Shown: piece after piece, positions 23,860 to 31,347 of the stretch
Numbering within the stretch: position 1 is the first letter of the stretch
How the letters are laid out: each line of letters opens with the position of its first letter
Origin: Escherichia phage E26
Sequence record: MN655998.1
DNA length: 64,000 nucleotides
Strand: one strand, 5' to 3'
Made by a program: the position numbers and the translations under genes
Notes under the pieces: model-generated
Database searches by the model: none
Seen by the model: the letters and a program-made list of their open reading frames with translations, nothing else
Told to the model about the DNA's origin: nothing

Positions 23860-24044
23860 AATAAAACACATTCACCAAACAAATAAGAAAAAAGCCATAT
23901 CAACAGAAACGAGGCAATTGATCCGGCAAGCAAAATGATATTAGAGAATCCACCGTCTATCCATGCAACAAAACAGAATACGCTAGTATAGAAGCATAAA
24001 CCCATTACAAAGCATACTATAAGCAACCATAGATAAAACGCCAT
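23856..24044 (-). CDS. small hydrophobic membrane protein
   Basis: 62 aa, hydrophobic; ATG at 24044. Confidence 0.4.
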   Translation of the reverse strand: MAFYLWLLIVCFVMGLCFYTSVFCFVAWIDGGFSNIILLAGSIASFLLIWLFSYLFGECVLL

Positions 24045-24255
24045 AGAAAGGATAAATTAGTGCGGGTAGGGTAATGTACTACCCGCTTTGTTAATCAACG
24101 CAGAGCTTGTTCTAGCGCGATCCCAAACCATCCACAAACAACGCCCATACAGACAGCTACAAGAAGATTCATTCTCTCTTTAGGGATCATTGCAATCATA
24201 ACAACAACCATACAGAAAGCCATTACCATTGAAGTTAACATTTGTTCAACCATTA

Positions 24256-24588
24256 TCACACCTTTAAAGTCATAGACGCATAAACATTAATGCCAGGCCA
24301 GTTAGGATCGCAATTATACTCAACATCCCACAAATAAAGCGGTTTAGATGTATCAGCCAAGTTTTTAAAATCTTCTACCCACATTTCAAGGCTATATGAT
24401 GGATAAACTAGGCTATCATATCCGCCGTAACGTTGGCCTACTGGTCGGTCAGTAAAAACTACCTCAAGATCAGGTAATTCTTTTTCAAGGATAACCGCCA
24501 GCGCATAAATCAGACGGTCTTCCTTGTTACGCTGCCGTAGGACCGTTGTCAGTTGGTTTTTCTGGTTCACTAGCAAGCACCTCCACAT
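24256..24588 (-). CDS. hypothetical protein
   Basis: ORF; overlaps upstream ORF by about 60 nt, start uncertain. Confidence 0.35.
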   Translation of the reverse strand: MWRCLLVNQKNQLTTVLRQRNKEDRLIYALAVILEKELPDLEVVFTDRPVGQRYGGYDSLVYPSYSLEMWVEDFKNLADTSKPLYLWDVEYNCDPNWPGINVYASMTLKV

Positions 24589-24847
24589 TTTCACAGAATG
24601 AAATTTTCACAGACACAATTTTACCATAAGTGAAGAATGAATATACATTATCGAGATATTCAACGTCACCTACAATCACATCAAACTGCGGGTCAGCAAC
24701 CGCCGCAACATATTCTACCAGTTCATCAAGAGAATGCAACTTAATTTCATCAATTCGGCTGTATTTGGTTGCATCTTTAATTTTAAAACCACGTTCTTTC
24801 AGCTTGTCAATCAGAATTTCACGCGGCGTTTCAAACAGTTTGCTCAT
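24527..24847 (-). CDS. hypothetical protein
   Basis: ORF with ATG at 24847. Confidence 0.45.
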   Translation of the reverse strand: MSKLFETPREILIDKLKERGFKIKDATKYSRIDEIKLHSLDELVEYVAAVADPQFDVIVGDVEYLDNVYSFFTYGKIVSVKISFCENVEVLASEPEKPTDNGPTAA

Positions 24848-24868
24848 AATATAATCCTCACATTAAAT

Positions 24869-25066
24869 CTAAAATTTGTTAACGACGAATTGCATAATTA
24901 GACTAATCATAAACATTGCAAACCAAGTATAAATGCAACAGATAAAAGCTACATACAATTCAATCTGGTCAGAGAATACACCGGGTAAAAGCATTAGCAA
25001 AATAACAACAGTAAAGACGCTAGCGATACCCGCAACAAAACCAATATCATTTTTACTAATCGTCAT
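24869..25066 (-). CDS. small hydrophobic membrane protein
   Basis: ATG at 25066 overlapping upstream stop (ATGA); hydrophobic. Confidence 0.4.
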   Translation of the reverse strand: MTISKNDIGFVAGIASVFTVVILLMLLPGVFSDQIELYVAFICCIYTWFAMFMISLIMQFVVNKF

Positions 25067-25263
25067 CAAGTCACCGTTTTGTAAAGAAACACAATAAAAT
25101 CCAAGACAAGAAAGACAGTGTAAATGATCATCGTCAAGACAGTAAACACTGTCAGATTTTCATCGTTAGTTAATTCATAGTCGCCCATCCATACAATAAC
25201 AAGATATAGCATTGAAAGAATGGAAGCACCTACGAAGTTAAAAAACATATTCTTGAGCGTCAT
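25066..25263 (-). CDS. small hydrophobic membrane protein
   Basis: ATG at 25263 one nt past upstream stop; hydrophobic. Confidence 0.4.
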   Translation of the reverse strand: MTLKNMFFNFVGASILSMLYLVIVWMGDYELTNDENLTVFTVLTMIIYTVFLVLDFIVFLYKTVT

Positions 25264-25264
25264 A

Positions 25265-25447
25265 TTAACAACCATCGCGGCTTAAGTCAACAGCAATTGC
25301 ATACAGCATAATGAATATGCTAGCAGATCCAAGAATCAATGCACCGTCACATTTTGAAACTCGCTCATCAAAATGCAACATTATCCATCCGAGGATGTTA
25401 AAGGCGCACACCGCGCCTATGTTATCTAACCAATTAATCTTTTTCAT
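25265..25447 (-). CDS. small hydrophobic membrane protein
   Basis: 60 aa, hydrophobic; ATG at 25447. Confidence 0.4.
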   Translation of the reverse strand: MKKINWLDNIGAVCAFNILGWIMLHFDERVSKCDGALILGSASIFIMLYAIAVDLSRDGC

Positions 25448-25455
25448 AATATACC

Positions 25456-25782
25456 TTAGAAAGAAACAGTTTTCAAGAAATCCAGATTTTCAGTACCGAA
25501 AACAGAAAAGTAGTGTTTTCCTTTTTCGGTTTTAGAGAAAGCGATTGTCTTCTCTACATGGTGACGGAAGCCAGACAGACGATCACCCAGGTCAAGGCGG
25601 CAAGCGTAAGTAGTACCGTCTTCGAAAGTAACCTCGATTTGAGTTTTGTCATATTCGCTTTCATAGGCTTTTTCTGCCGCTTCCAGTGCTTTACGCTCGA
25701 AGTCTTCGAAGTGGAATACTTCGTTTGCGTTAGCGAATACAGAAGATTCAGAGAAGATAACTTTAACAGATACTGGTTTCAT
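25456..25782 (-). CDS. hypothetical protein
   Basis: ATG at 25782 behind AGGAGTATCAAA leader and promoter cassette. Confidence 0.5.
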   Translation of the reverse strand: MKPVSVKVIFSESSVFANANEVFHFEDFERKALEAAEKAYESEYDKTQIEVTFEDGTTYACRLDLGDRLSGFRHHVEKTIAFSKTEKGKHYFSVFGTENLDFLKTVSF

Positions 25783-25824
25783 TTTGATACTCCTTAGTAG
25801 TTCGTGTTTCGTTTCGATGGGTGT

Positions 25825-25853
25825 ATTATGCTATACACCCTCTCGTGTGTCAA
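25825..25853 (-). promoter_or_regulatory. sigma70-type early promoter (TTGACA-N17-CATAAT), -10 in hairpin
   Basis: -35 at 25848-25853, -10 at 25825-25830; GGGTGTA/TACACCC stem around -10. Confidence 0.6.
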
Positions 25854-25861
25854 CAACTTTT

Positions 25862-26050
25862 TTAGTCTTTTTTCATAATTTCTAGAGCAGTTTCTACAGC
25901 ACCTTTCCAACCCTCCCACATAATGGACATAGTAATGAAGTTAAAGCACCCGCAGGAATCAACCTTTTTAGATATAAACCACTCTACAAACGCTTCGCTC
26001 ATACCATGCTCTTTAGCTGATTCGCGTAATTGTTCAATTTGGTCTTCCAT
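25862..26050 (-). CDS. hypothetical small protein
   Basis: ORF with ATG at 26050. Confidence 0.4.
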   Translation of the reverse strand: MEDQIEQLRESAKEHGMSEAFVEWFISKKVDSCGCFNFITMSIMWEGWKGAVETALEIMKKD

Positions 26051-26059
26051 AGTATCACC

Positions 26060-26248
26060 TCAACACTTAACGTTATTCAACCTATTGTAAAAGTACATAT
26101 AACAAGCATAATTTTGCTTTGGCTGTACCGTATCAGATAGACACGCTTTTACAGCCTCGCGGTCCGATGGATCTACACCCTCAGCTTTAAGTAATGCTAA
26201 AATCTGGTTATAGCGTACTCTTAGTTGTACTAATGGTTTATCCCCCAT
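26060..26248 (-). CDS. hypothetical small protein
   Basis: ORF with ATG at 26248. Confidence 0.4.
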   Translation of the reverse strand: MGDKPLVQLRVRYNQILALLKAEGVDPSDREAVKACLSDTVQPKQNYACYMYFYNRLNNVKC

Positions 26249-26257
26249 ATTACCCCC

Positions 26258-26485
26258 TTATAGTTGATCAGCAATGTATGCGGTGCATTTGCGGAGTTTA
26301 GCCATAGCACCACCTTTCATGTCGCTTACGCCTACAATGTTCATGATCTCTAAGCGATCAGCCGGATTCAGTCTAGTAGCCCAGATCTGGTTAGCCAGTT
26401 CCATTTTACCCATCTGCGGTTCCATCTCAAACAGTTCGCGCTCAAAGTCGATAATTTCTTTTGCTGCGTCTTTAAAGTTAATCAT
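26258..26485 (-). CDS. hypothetical small protein
   Basis: ATG at 26485 preceded by GGGAGAATCAAA leader. Confidence 0.45.
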   Translation of the reverse strand: MINFKDAAKEIIDFERELFEMEPQMGKMELANQIWATRLNPADRLEIMNIVGVSDMKGGAMAKLRKCTAYIADQL

Positions 26486-26514
26486 TTTGATTCTCCCGTT
26501 TCGTTGATGGTTGT

Positions 26515-26543
26515 ATTGTAGGGGAGTTATCCTCCCCTGTCAA
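26515..26543 (-). promoter_or_regulatory. sigma70-type early promoter (TTGACA-N17-TACAAT), palindromic spacer
   Basis: Spacer GGGGAGGATAACTCCCC is a near-perfect inverted repeat. Confidence 0.55.
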
Positions 26544-26551
26544 CACTTTTA

Positions 26552-26737
26552 TCAGAAATATGCAATATAGTTTGCCAGTCCTACAGAGTCATCATTCGGC
26601 ATTGCTTTTACTGCCAGTTCAAACCCTGCTTCAACTTTCTGTTTAGCGGATTCTTCGTTATAACCCCAGATTACCAGAATAGCTACTACGTTTTCTTTGC
26701 TTACTGCTTTCAGTGCTTTAGTGATGCGACGTGCCAT
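26552..26737 (-). CDS. hypothetical small protein
   Basis: ORF with ATG at 26737 behind GGAGAATCAA leader. Confidence 0.4.
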   Translation of the reverse strand: MARRITKALKAVSKENVVAILVIWGYNEESAKQKVEAGFELAVKAMPNDDSVGLANYIAYF

Positions 26738-26783
26738 AATTTGATTCTCCGTTTAAGAAAGTGTGTTTCGTTTCGATGGGTGT

Positions 26784-26812
26784 ATTATGCTATAGGCCGG
26801 ATCTGGTGTCAA
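26784..26812 (-). promoter_or_regulatory. sigma70-type early promoter (TTGACA-N17-CATAAT)
   Basis: -35 at 26807-26812, -10 at 26784-26789; spacer contains GATC. Confidence 0.6.
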
Positions 26813-26837
26813 CAACTTTTTTAAAAAAATTTTAGGC

Positions 26838-26866
26838 AATAAAAAAGCCACTCCGAAGAGTGGCTT
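26838..26866 (-). terminator. rho-independent terminator
   Basis: Hairpin AGCCACTC-TTCG-GAGTGGCT followed by U-run on minus strand. Confidence 0.7.
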
Positions 26867-27015
26867 ATAGGGAAGGTAGCGAATCTTCCTTGTCTCCAAC
26901 CTGCTAGCGGCCTAGCAAGTGAATGCTTTAGCGTACCGGATCGCCCACATACGCTGTAATAAATGCGGCTAGGTGACGTCCAAATCATTCTAACCGCGCT
27001 GTCTTTAGTTCACTG

Positions 27016-27234
27016 TTATTTATATCGCTTTCTCTCGCGACGTTTTTGATCTTCTTCCTTGATAGAGTTAAACGCATCAAAAAGACACATGACACTGATA
27101 ATGAACATAACCGTATTTTCTACGATATCCCACGGCTTCGCATCAGTACAGATCCCCCAAACGGTAAGAAATGCAAATAATGCAGAAGAGATCACAAGCA
27201 TGATACTTGCTAAGATATAAAAAGTCATTTTCAT
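27016..27234 (-). CDS. small hydrophobic membrane protein
   Basis: 72 aa, two hydrophobic helices and basic C-terminus; ATG overlaps upstream stop (ATGA). Confidence 0.4.
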   Translation of the reverse strand: MKMTFYILASIMLVISSALFAFLTVWGICTDAKPWDIVENTVMFIISVMCLFDAFNSIKEEDQKRRERKRYK

Positions 27235-27413
27235 GGTTTTACCTCAATTCTTCGATATTCATCACACATCCACGCAGTAAGCAAGAATCCCAACACATAA
27301 GCAACAAAATACGTTAATGCTTCTTCTGGTTCCGTGCTATGTATCATCAGTAAACCAGCGAGAACAGTCTTAATAATTACATTTAAAATAATTAGCCACG
27401 CAAATAGTTTCAT
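27231..27413 (-). CDS. small hydrophobic membrane protein
   Basis: ATG at 27413 overlapping upstream stop (ATGA). Confidence 0.4.
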   Translation of the reverse strand: MKLFAWLIILNVIIKTVLAGLLMIHSTEPEEALTYFVAYVLGFLLTAWMCDEYRRIEVKP

Positions 27414-27634
27414 CGTATACCCCATTTCGGTCGAGTCTTTTCAAACTTATACATTCCGTAACAATCTAGAATCATCCACGTAACAAGAGCACCAGTCAAC
27501 ACAGACAACACACAGAAGAAGTAAAACGGTCCGGTTGCATTATCAACATGAGCAAGCCATGTAAAGAATACACATGCTAAGAATGTAAAGAACATCATAA
27601 AACACAAGAAAGCAAAATATTTTATGCTACTCAT
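27410..27634 (-). CDS. small hydrophobic membrane protein
   Basis: ATG at 27634 with GGTGG RBS; hydrophobic. Confidence 0.4.
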   Translation of the reverse strand: MSSIKYFAFLCFMMFFTFLACVFFTWLAHVDNATGPFYFFCVLSVLTGALVTWMILDCYGMYKFEKTRPKWGIR

Positions 27635-27741
27635 AGCGCCACCATACAACAAATCATAAGAAACCCAAACGCAATTAGAATTGCATCAAATTTAGTGAAC
27701 TCAGGTCCACCTATCAACATCATTCGTTCTATTTCGTTCAT
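27631..27741 (-). CDS. very small hydrophobic ORF (about 36 aa)
   Basis: ATG at 27741 overlaps upstream stop and its stop overlaps the next ATG; below ORF-track size cutoff. Confidence 0.3.
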   Translation of the reverse strand: MNEIERMMLIGGPEFTKFDAILIAFGFLMICCMVAL

Positions 27742-27935
27742 AGCGTACAAAGCCATTTAAAAGCACCACATAAAGCGAGCAGAATACTAGGTATAAACGA
27801 GACCATAACAAGTTTGCAAAAATCATCTAAGGTAACACCGGAATAGCTACCTACTGTAACAACACCGATCATCAGACACAGAAAGAAAACAAATGCAATC
27901 ATAAACAAAGTATTGCTAAACAGTTTAGTGATCAT
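27738..27935 (-). CDS. small hydrophobic membrane protein
   Basis: Hydrophobic; probable ATG at 27935 with GTGGGG RBS (longer alternative starts at 27977). Confidence 0.35.
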   Translation of the reverse strand: MITKLFSNTLFMIAFVFFLCLMIGVVTVGSYSGVTLDDFCKLVMVSFIPSILLALCGAFKWLCTL

Positions 27936-28128
27936 TAGACACCCCACGACGATCAATTTCAAAAACTTTTTTACCATCAACGAAGCATGTCACAACTGCC
28001 TCGTTGACTTCCGCAAATTGTTGTGTTACCCACTTAAGGTCAGAGCGAAACAATGTTCTATTAATAACAAATGTTTTACCGCTCTTATCCTTACCCATAA
28101 ATTTTGCTTTAACCATATCAAATTCCAT
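27925..28128 (-). CDS. hypothetical small protein
   Basis: ATG at 28128 with AAGGTGA RBS. Confidence 0.45.
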   Translation of the reverse strand: MEFDMVKAKFMGKDKSGKTFVINRTLFRSDLKWVTQQFAEVNEAVVTCFVDGKKVFEIDRRGVSNDH

Positions 28129-28137
28129 ATTATCACC

Positions 28138-28295
28138 TTATTTGCTAATCGCTAAACCCAATCCGAAGAGAGCACCCGACGCTACAGTATACCCGAAAGT
28201 TTCAAATGCAGTAAAGATATCCAACCCACCAGCTAACAGAGTTGCAGTAAACAGAGTACCAGCTACGAACATAAAAGTTTTACCGATAAATTTCA
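28138..28295 (-). CDS. small hydrophobic membrane protein (52 aa)
   Basis: ATG at 28295 behind AAGGAGAATCAAG leader and promoter; below ORF-track cutoff. Confidence 0.45.
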
Positions 28296-28327
28296 TCTTG
28301 ATTCTCCTTTCGTTTGTTTGTGGGGGT

Positions 28328-28356
28328 ATCTTACTACCCCCGTTTCATGTTGTCAA
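28328..28356 (-). promoter_or_regulatory. sigma70-type early promoter, -10 inside a hairpin loop
   Basis: TTGACA (28351-28356) N17 TAAGAT (28328-28333); GGGGGTA/TACCCCC stem. Confidence 0.6.
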
Positions 28357-28363
28357 CTATTTT

Positions 28364-28741
28364 TTAAGAATATTTTACTTCGTCTACAATGTCTTTCATG
28401 ACATTGATTTCCATTCCGGTCAGAACACGTTGGAACATGTGCTGCACATACGCTTTCAGGTATTCATTTGATGGCTTGCTATCGAAAGTCTTTTTAGTGT
28501 AGTAGTCATCACCGAAAGCTACTGTAATTACATTTTCGTCGTCGTTCCAAGCGATATAAGCAAATTTGCCGTTATCCCAGAAGCGAGCACTAATTGCTAC
28601 TTTTGTTGAATCGAATCCTACTTCGCTGTGAGATTCAAGAACTACTTGCGTACCAGTTTCTTTATGAATGTAGTAGCGGGATACTAAGTCAAAGTTACGG
28701 GTGTAGTGACATTCGAATTTATCTTTAAACATCATCATCAT
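28364..28741 (-). CDS. hypothetical protein
   Basis: ATG at 28741 behind AGGAGAATCAAA leader; track start lies further upstream. Confidence 0.5.
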   Translation of the reverse strand: MMMMFKDKFECHYTRNFDLVSRYYIHKETGTQVVLESHSEVGFDSTKVAISARFWDNGKFAYIAWNDDENVITVAFGDDYYTKKTFDSKPSNEYLKAYVQHMFQRVLTGMEINVMKDIVDEVKYS

Positions 28742-28778
28742 TTTGATTCTCCTAAGTGTGTTTCGTTTCGATATGTGC

Positions 28779-28807
28779 ATTATGCTATAGTAGTTTATGG
28801 TTGTCAA
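28779..28807 (-). promoter_or_regulatory. sigma70-type early promoter (TTGACA-N17-CATAAT)
   Basis: -35 at 28802-28807, -10 at 28779-28784; preceded by terminator hairpin. Confidence 0.65.
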
Positions 28808-28808
28808 C

Positions 28809-28841
28809 ACCTAAAAACAAAAAACCCCGAAAAATTTTCGG
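28809..28841 (-). terminator. rho-independent terminator after 57B/Acb1
   Basis: Hairpin CCCCGAAAA-TTTTCGGGG followed by long U-run on minus strand. Confidence 0.7.
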
Positions 28842-28850
28842 GGTATAAAA

Positions 28851-29315
28851 TTACAGTTTGGTCGTCCACTCCAGGTCTAGATCTTCGACATACTCATGAG
28901 ATCGGACAATCTCTAAATCAAACTCTAGGTCAGTGCCAAATTTACGCGCACCAACATCATAAGAAAGCGTGATATGCGGTACATATTCAGGATAATCCCA
29001 CGTCGCACCTAAAGCAGTGCCGATATCGTGTCTGAATTGCATGTAGTCGCTTTCAAATGCCAGCACAAGCGCATTAGTACCGGATTGAGTTTCAAACACT
29101 TTCAGATGGCATAGAGAGCCTAAGAACTTCTCCCCTTCTTCTGGGATAAACGGAACATAGACACGAGAATATAAGATAGTGCTATGCAGTTTATCACGAG
29201 GAACAGCATTAGGCAGATCGTAAAACTCCTGCAATTTTTCAATGCGGTCTAGTGTATCCTCAGTGAATTTAACCGCAGCATATGTACCTTTAACGGATTC
29301 TCGAAACGGGGTCAT
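28851..29315 (-). CDS. 57B: 2H phosphoesterase, Acb1 (gp57B)-like anti-CBASS cyclic-oligonucleotide phosphodiesterase
   Basis: Two H-x-T/S motifs (LHSTI and PHITLS) of the 2H fold; sits downstream of 57A and gene 1 as T4 57B; ATG at 29315. Confidence 0.65.
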   Translation of the reverse strand: MTPFRESVKGTYAAVKFTEDTLDRIEKLQEFYDLPNAVPRDKLHSTILYSRVYVPFIPEEGEKFLGSLCHLKVFETQSGTNALVLAFESDYMQFRHDIGTALGATWDYPEYVPHITLSYDVGARKFGTDLEFDLEIVRSHEYVEDLDLEWTTKL

Positions 29316-29317
29316 AA

Positions 29318-29578
29318 TCAAGCCTCCGTGATCAGTTCTACTTCCTCTTTAGCGTCTTCCGCTGCTTCGTCTTTAGGGAGAAGTGCTTTCACTTCTTCGA
29401 CAATAGCATCAAGGGAAACAGTCCCGTTTTCGTCTGGCTGAATACCCAGAATGCGTACCAGTTCCATCAATACACGCTCACGATCTTTCAGTTGGCCTTC
29501 TAAGAATGCGGCCTTTTCTTGAGTGTCAAACAGACGTACTTTCAGGACATTAATCATTTGTTCATGCTGATTGGACAT
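29318..29578 (-). CDS. 57A: tail fiber assembly chaperone gp57A
   Basis: 86 aa coiled-coil with acidic C-terminus, next to gene 1 as in T4; ATG at 29578 with AGGAG RBS. Confidence 0.65.
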   Translation of the reverse strand: MSNQHEQMINVLKVRLFDTQEKAAFLEGQLKDRERVLMELVRILGIQPDENGTVSLDAIVEEVKALLPKDEAAEDAKEEVELITEA

Positions 29579-29610
29579 ATTCACATCTCCTACTTGTTGA
29601 TAACTTTTTA

Positions 29611-30267
29611 TTAAATGTTCGCGAGAATCGCGCTTTCAAATTCTTCTAATGTACCATTATTTATGATAATGGTTTCACCGTCAATAGGCAAAATTCCTTT
29701 TTCGGTGGAGTGAGTCGATACAATACCAGTATCACGCTGAATATGCAACACCTTAGCACCCATAGCACGCATAAGAGCAATTTCAATAGGCTGACGCACA
29801 TCAACCACTACAAAATACCCTTCTTCATTTTTGCGCTTCATAAACTCATTCACGAAGAGATTACACCAATAAAGCGGATTGATCAAGTTAACCATTATAT
29901 CAGTACCGAGAGTGGTTAACATGAGACGAATAGACCAGACGTTATTATGTTTTTCGCCGATCTCATTAACGACCTTGTAAATCTCAGCCAGACTATCACA
30001 AGTAAAGGAACTACCGCCATACTTCGAATCTAGCATAAGCAGACACTGAATAAACCACTTATGCGCGGTATAGGTATCAATACCTAGATCGGCTTCTCTG
30101 TCACGCCCTAACCCGTCAAAGTCAAGATAAGTCAGACCTAAGTCTGGTTGACATTCGCATAAGATTTCTTTGATCGGTGCTGCCAGTTGATAACTGTGTC
30201 CATCAATGATTAACGCGGCAGTGTCTTTTCCTACTCGCTTTTTACCACAAAGTGCAATCAATTTCAT
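29611..30267 (-). CDS. 1: deoxynucleoside monophosphate kinase gp1
   Basis: P-loop GKKRVGKDT and overall similarity to T4 gp1 as recalled (RLM..LGTD, YW..LF). Confidence 0.85.
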   Translation of the reverse strand: MKLIALCGKKRVGKDTAALIIDGHSYQLAAPIKEILCECQPDLGLTYLDFDGLGRDREADLGIDTYTAHKWFIQCLLMLDSKYGGSSFTCDSLAEIYKVVNEIGEKHNNVWSIRLMLTTLGTDIMVNLINPLYWCNLFVNEFMKRKNEEGYFVVVDVRQPIEIALMRAMGAKVLHIQRDTGIVSTHSTEKGILPIDGETIIINNGTLEEFESAILANI

Positions 30268-30282
30268 AATATAAGCCTCTTA

Positions 30283-30873
30283 TTACTTTCTAAAAGCAGG
30301 ATGCATAGCTTTAATTCCTTCCACTCGCTGACGATCCGCCGCCTGAATTGCAGGGCGAGGAACGATCAGCTGACCATCACGTTCAATGCTCATCGTTTTA
30401 AATGGAAGAATTGCAGTACACACCAGAGATTCATGCATATCATCGGTGTATGTTAACTCAAGTTCCCCCAATTGTGAACACCAACAACCATAAAAGTTAA
30501 AAGTGCACACAATGTTACGGCGTTCGTTGTCCATCATGTGAACTTGAACGGCTTCCGGCATTGAATCCTTCCACGCTGTGGAGTTACCGTTATTGTAGTC
30601 TACTATAGAAAGCATCCATGTGTAAAGGTTTAGATAGCTTTCCAAATGCTCATCGACAATAAACCGGACTACCAACGGGTCAAACTCTACATGACTAGAC
30701 GGATAATCAGCTACTGCCAAACCATATTGACCAGCAACTTGTTTAGTCGGTGGAATGGTTATAGCCGGAAGTGTAACACCTTGACAGTTTAAAGTAAAGC
30801 CTTTTGTTAGTTGACCATCTGGAATGGCAATCTGCCAGTTGCTGGGGTTAGCATAGTTAAAGAGATTAGACAT
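30283..30873 (-). CDS. 3: tail tube terminator / tail completion protein gp3
   Basis: Assigned by synteny (between gene 1 and gene 2) and size (196 aa). Confidence 0.6.
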   Translation of the reverse strand: MSNLFNYANPSNWQIAIPDGQLTKGFTLNCQGVTLPAITIPPTKQVAGQYGLAVADYPSSHVEFDPLVVRFIVDEHLESYLNLYTWMLSIVDYNNGNSTAWKDSMPEAVQVHMMDNERRNIVCTFNFYGCWCSQLGELELTYTDDMHESLVCTAILPFKTMSIERDGQLIVPRPAIQAADRQRVEGIKAMHPAFRK

Positions 30874-31062
30874 TACTGATTCCTCAAATGAAAATATTTA
30901 TTAACAATTGTCGCTTTGCGACGTGCCGGAGGCACTGACTACTTTTTAACCGAAACAAATTTTTATTATTCTAAAGATCTTTCTTCGTTTTGGTTATGTT
31001 TTAACCAATAACTATATTTTTATACAGTAATAAATAAAACGGGTACTATACGAGGACTTCTT

Positions 31063-31317
31063 ATGACAGAAGACATTTTGTTAAAACTCTATGATCGTTT
31101 GGATAACGAATTGGCAACATTGCGGGGTGAAGTTCTCTATTTGTCTAAATGCAATACAGATCTGCTTAAGCAGATTGCAGAAAGGGATGATCAAATAAAA
31201 TCCCTTTCAGGTGCATTACGTGATCGCGACAAGGCATTAGAGATTTTACAGCGTGTTACCAATAAGGAAGAATTAAAAGACTTCTTACATGGTTATGCTC
31301 ATGCCATCGATCTATAA
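31063..31317 (+). CDS. hypothetical coiled-coil protein encoded opposite to flanking late genes
   Basis: 84 aa ORF with GAGGA RBS, heptad-like hydrophobic pattern, followed by a hairpin terminator. Confidence 0.45.
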   Translation: MTEDILLKLYDRLDNELATLRGEVLYLSKCNTDLLKQIAERDDQIKSLSGALRDRDKALEILQRVTNKEELKDFLHGYAHAIDL

Positions 31318-31324
31318 TAAAAAA

Positions 31325-31343
31325 GCCCGTCAATGACGGGCTT
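31325..31343. terminator. bidirectional hairpin terminator between convergent genes
   Basis: Hairpin AGCCCGTC-AAT-GACGGGCT flanked by A-run upstream and T-rich downstream. Confidence 0.6.
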
Positions 31344-31347
31344 AATC

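Noticed and set aside
26923-26931. MotA-box-like AATGCTTTA (T4 middle promoter)
   Set aside because: Lies on the plus strand in a minus-strand transcription unit with no TAnnnT -10 at the right spacing; isolated matches to a 9-mer are expected by chance.
26867-27015. Possible tRNA or tRNA cluster
   Set aside because: Inspected both strands for T-arm (GGTTCGAATCC-like) and cloverleaf features because T4 carries tRNAs in its early region; none found here or in the 15901..16133 gap. A tRNA-scanning program should confirm.
30886-30893. Near-consensus late promoters for minus-strand late genes (AATAAATA upstream of gene 3; GATAAATA at 32686-32693 upstream of gene 4)
   Set aside because: Each has one mismatch to TATAAATA; plausible but not reported as features without transcript mapping.
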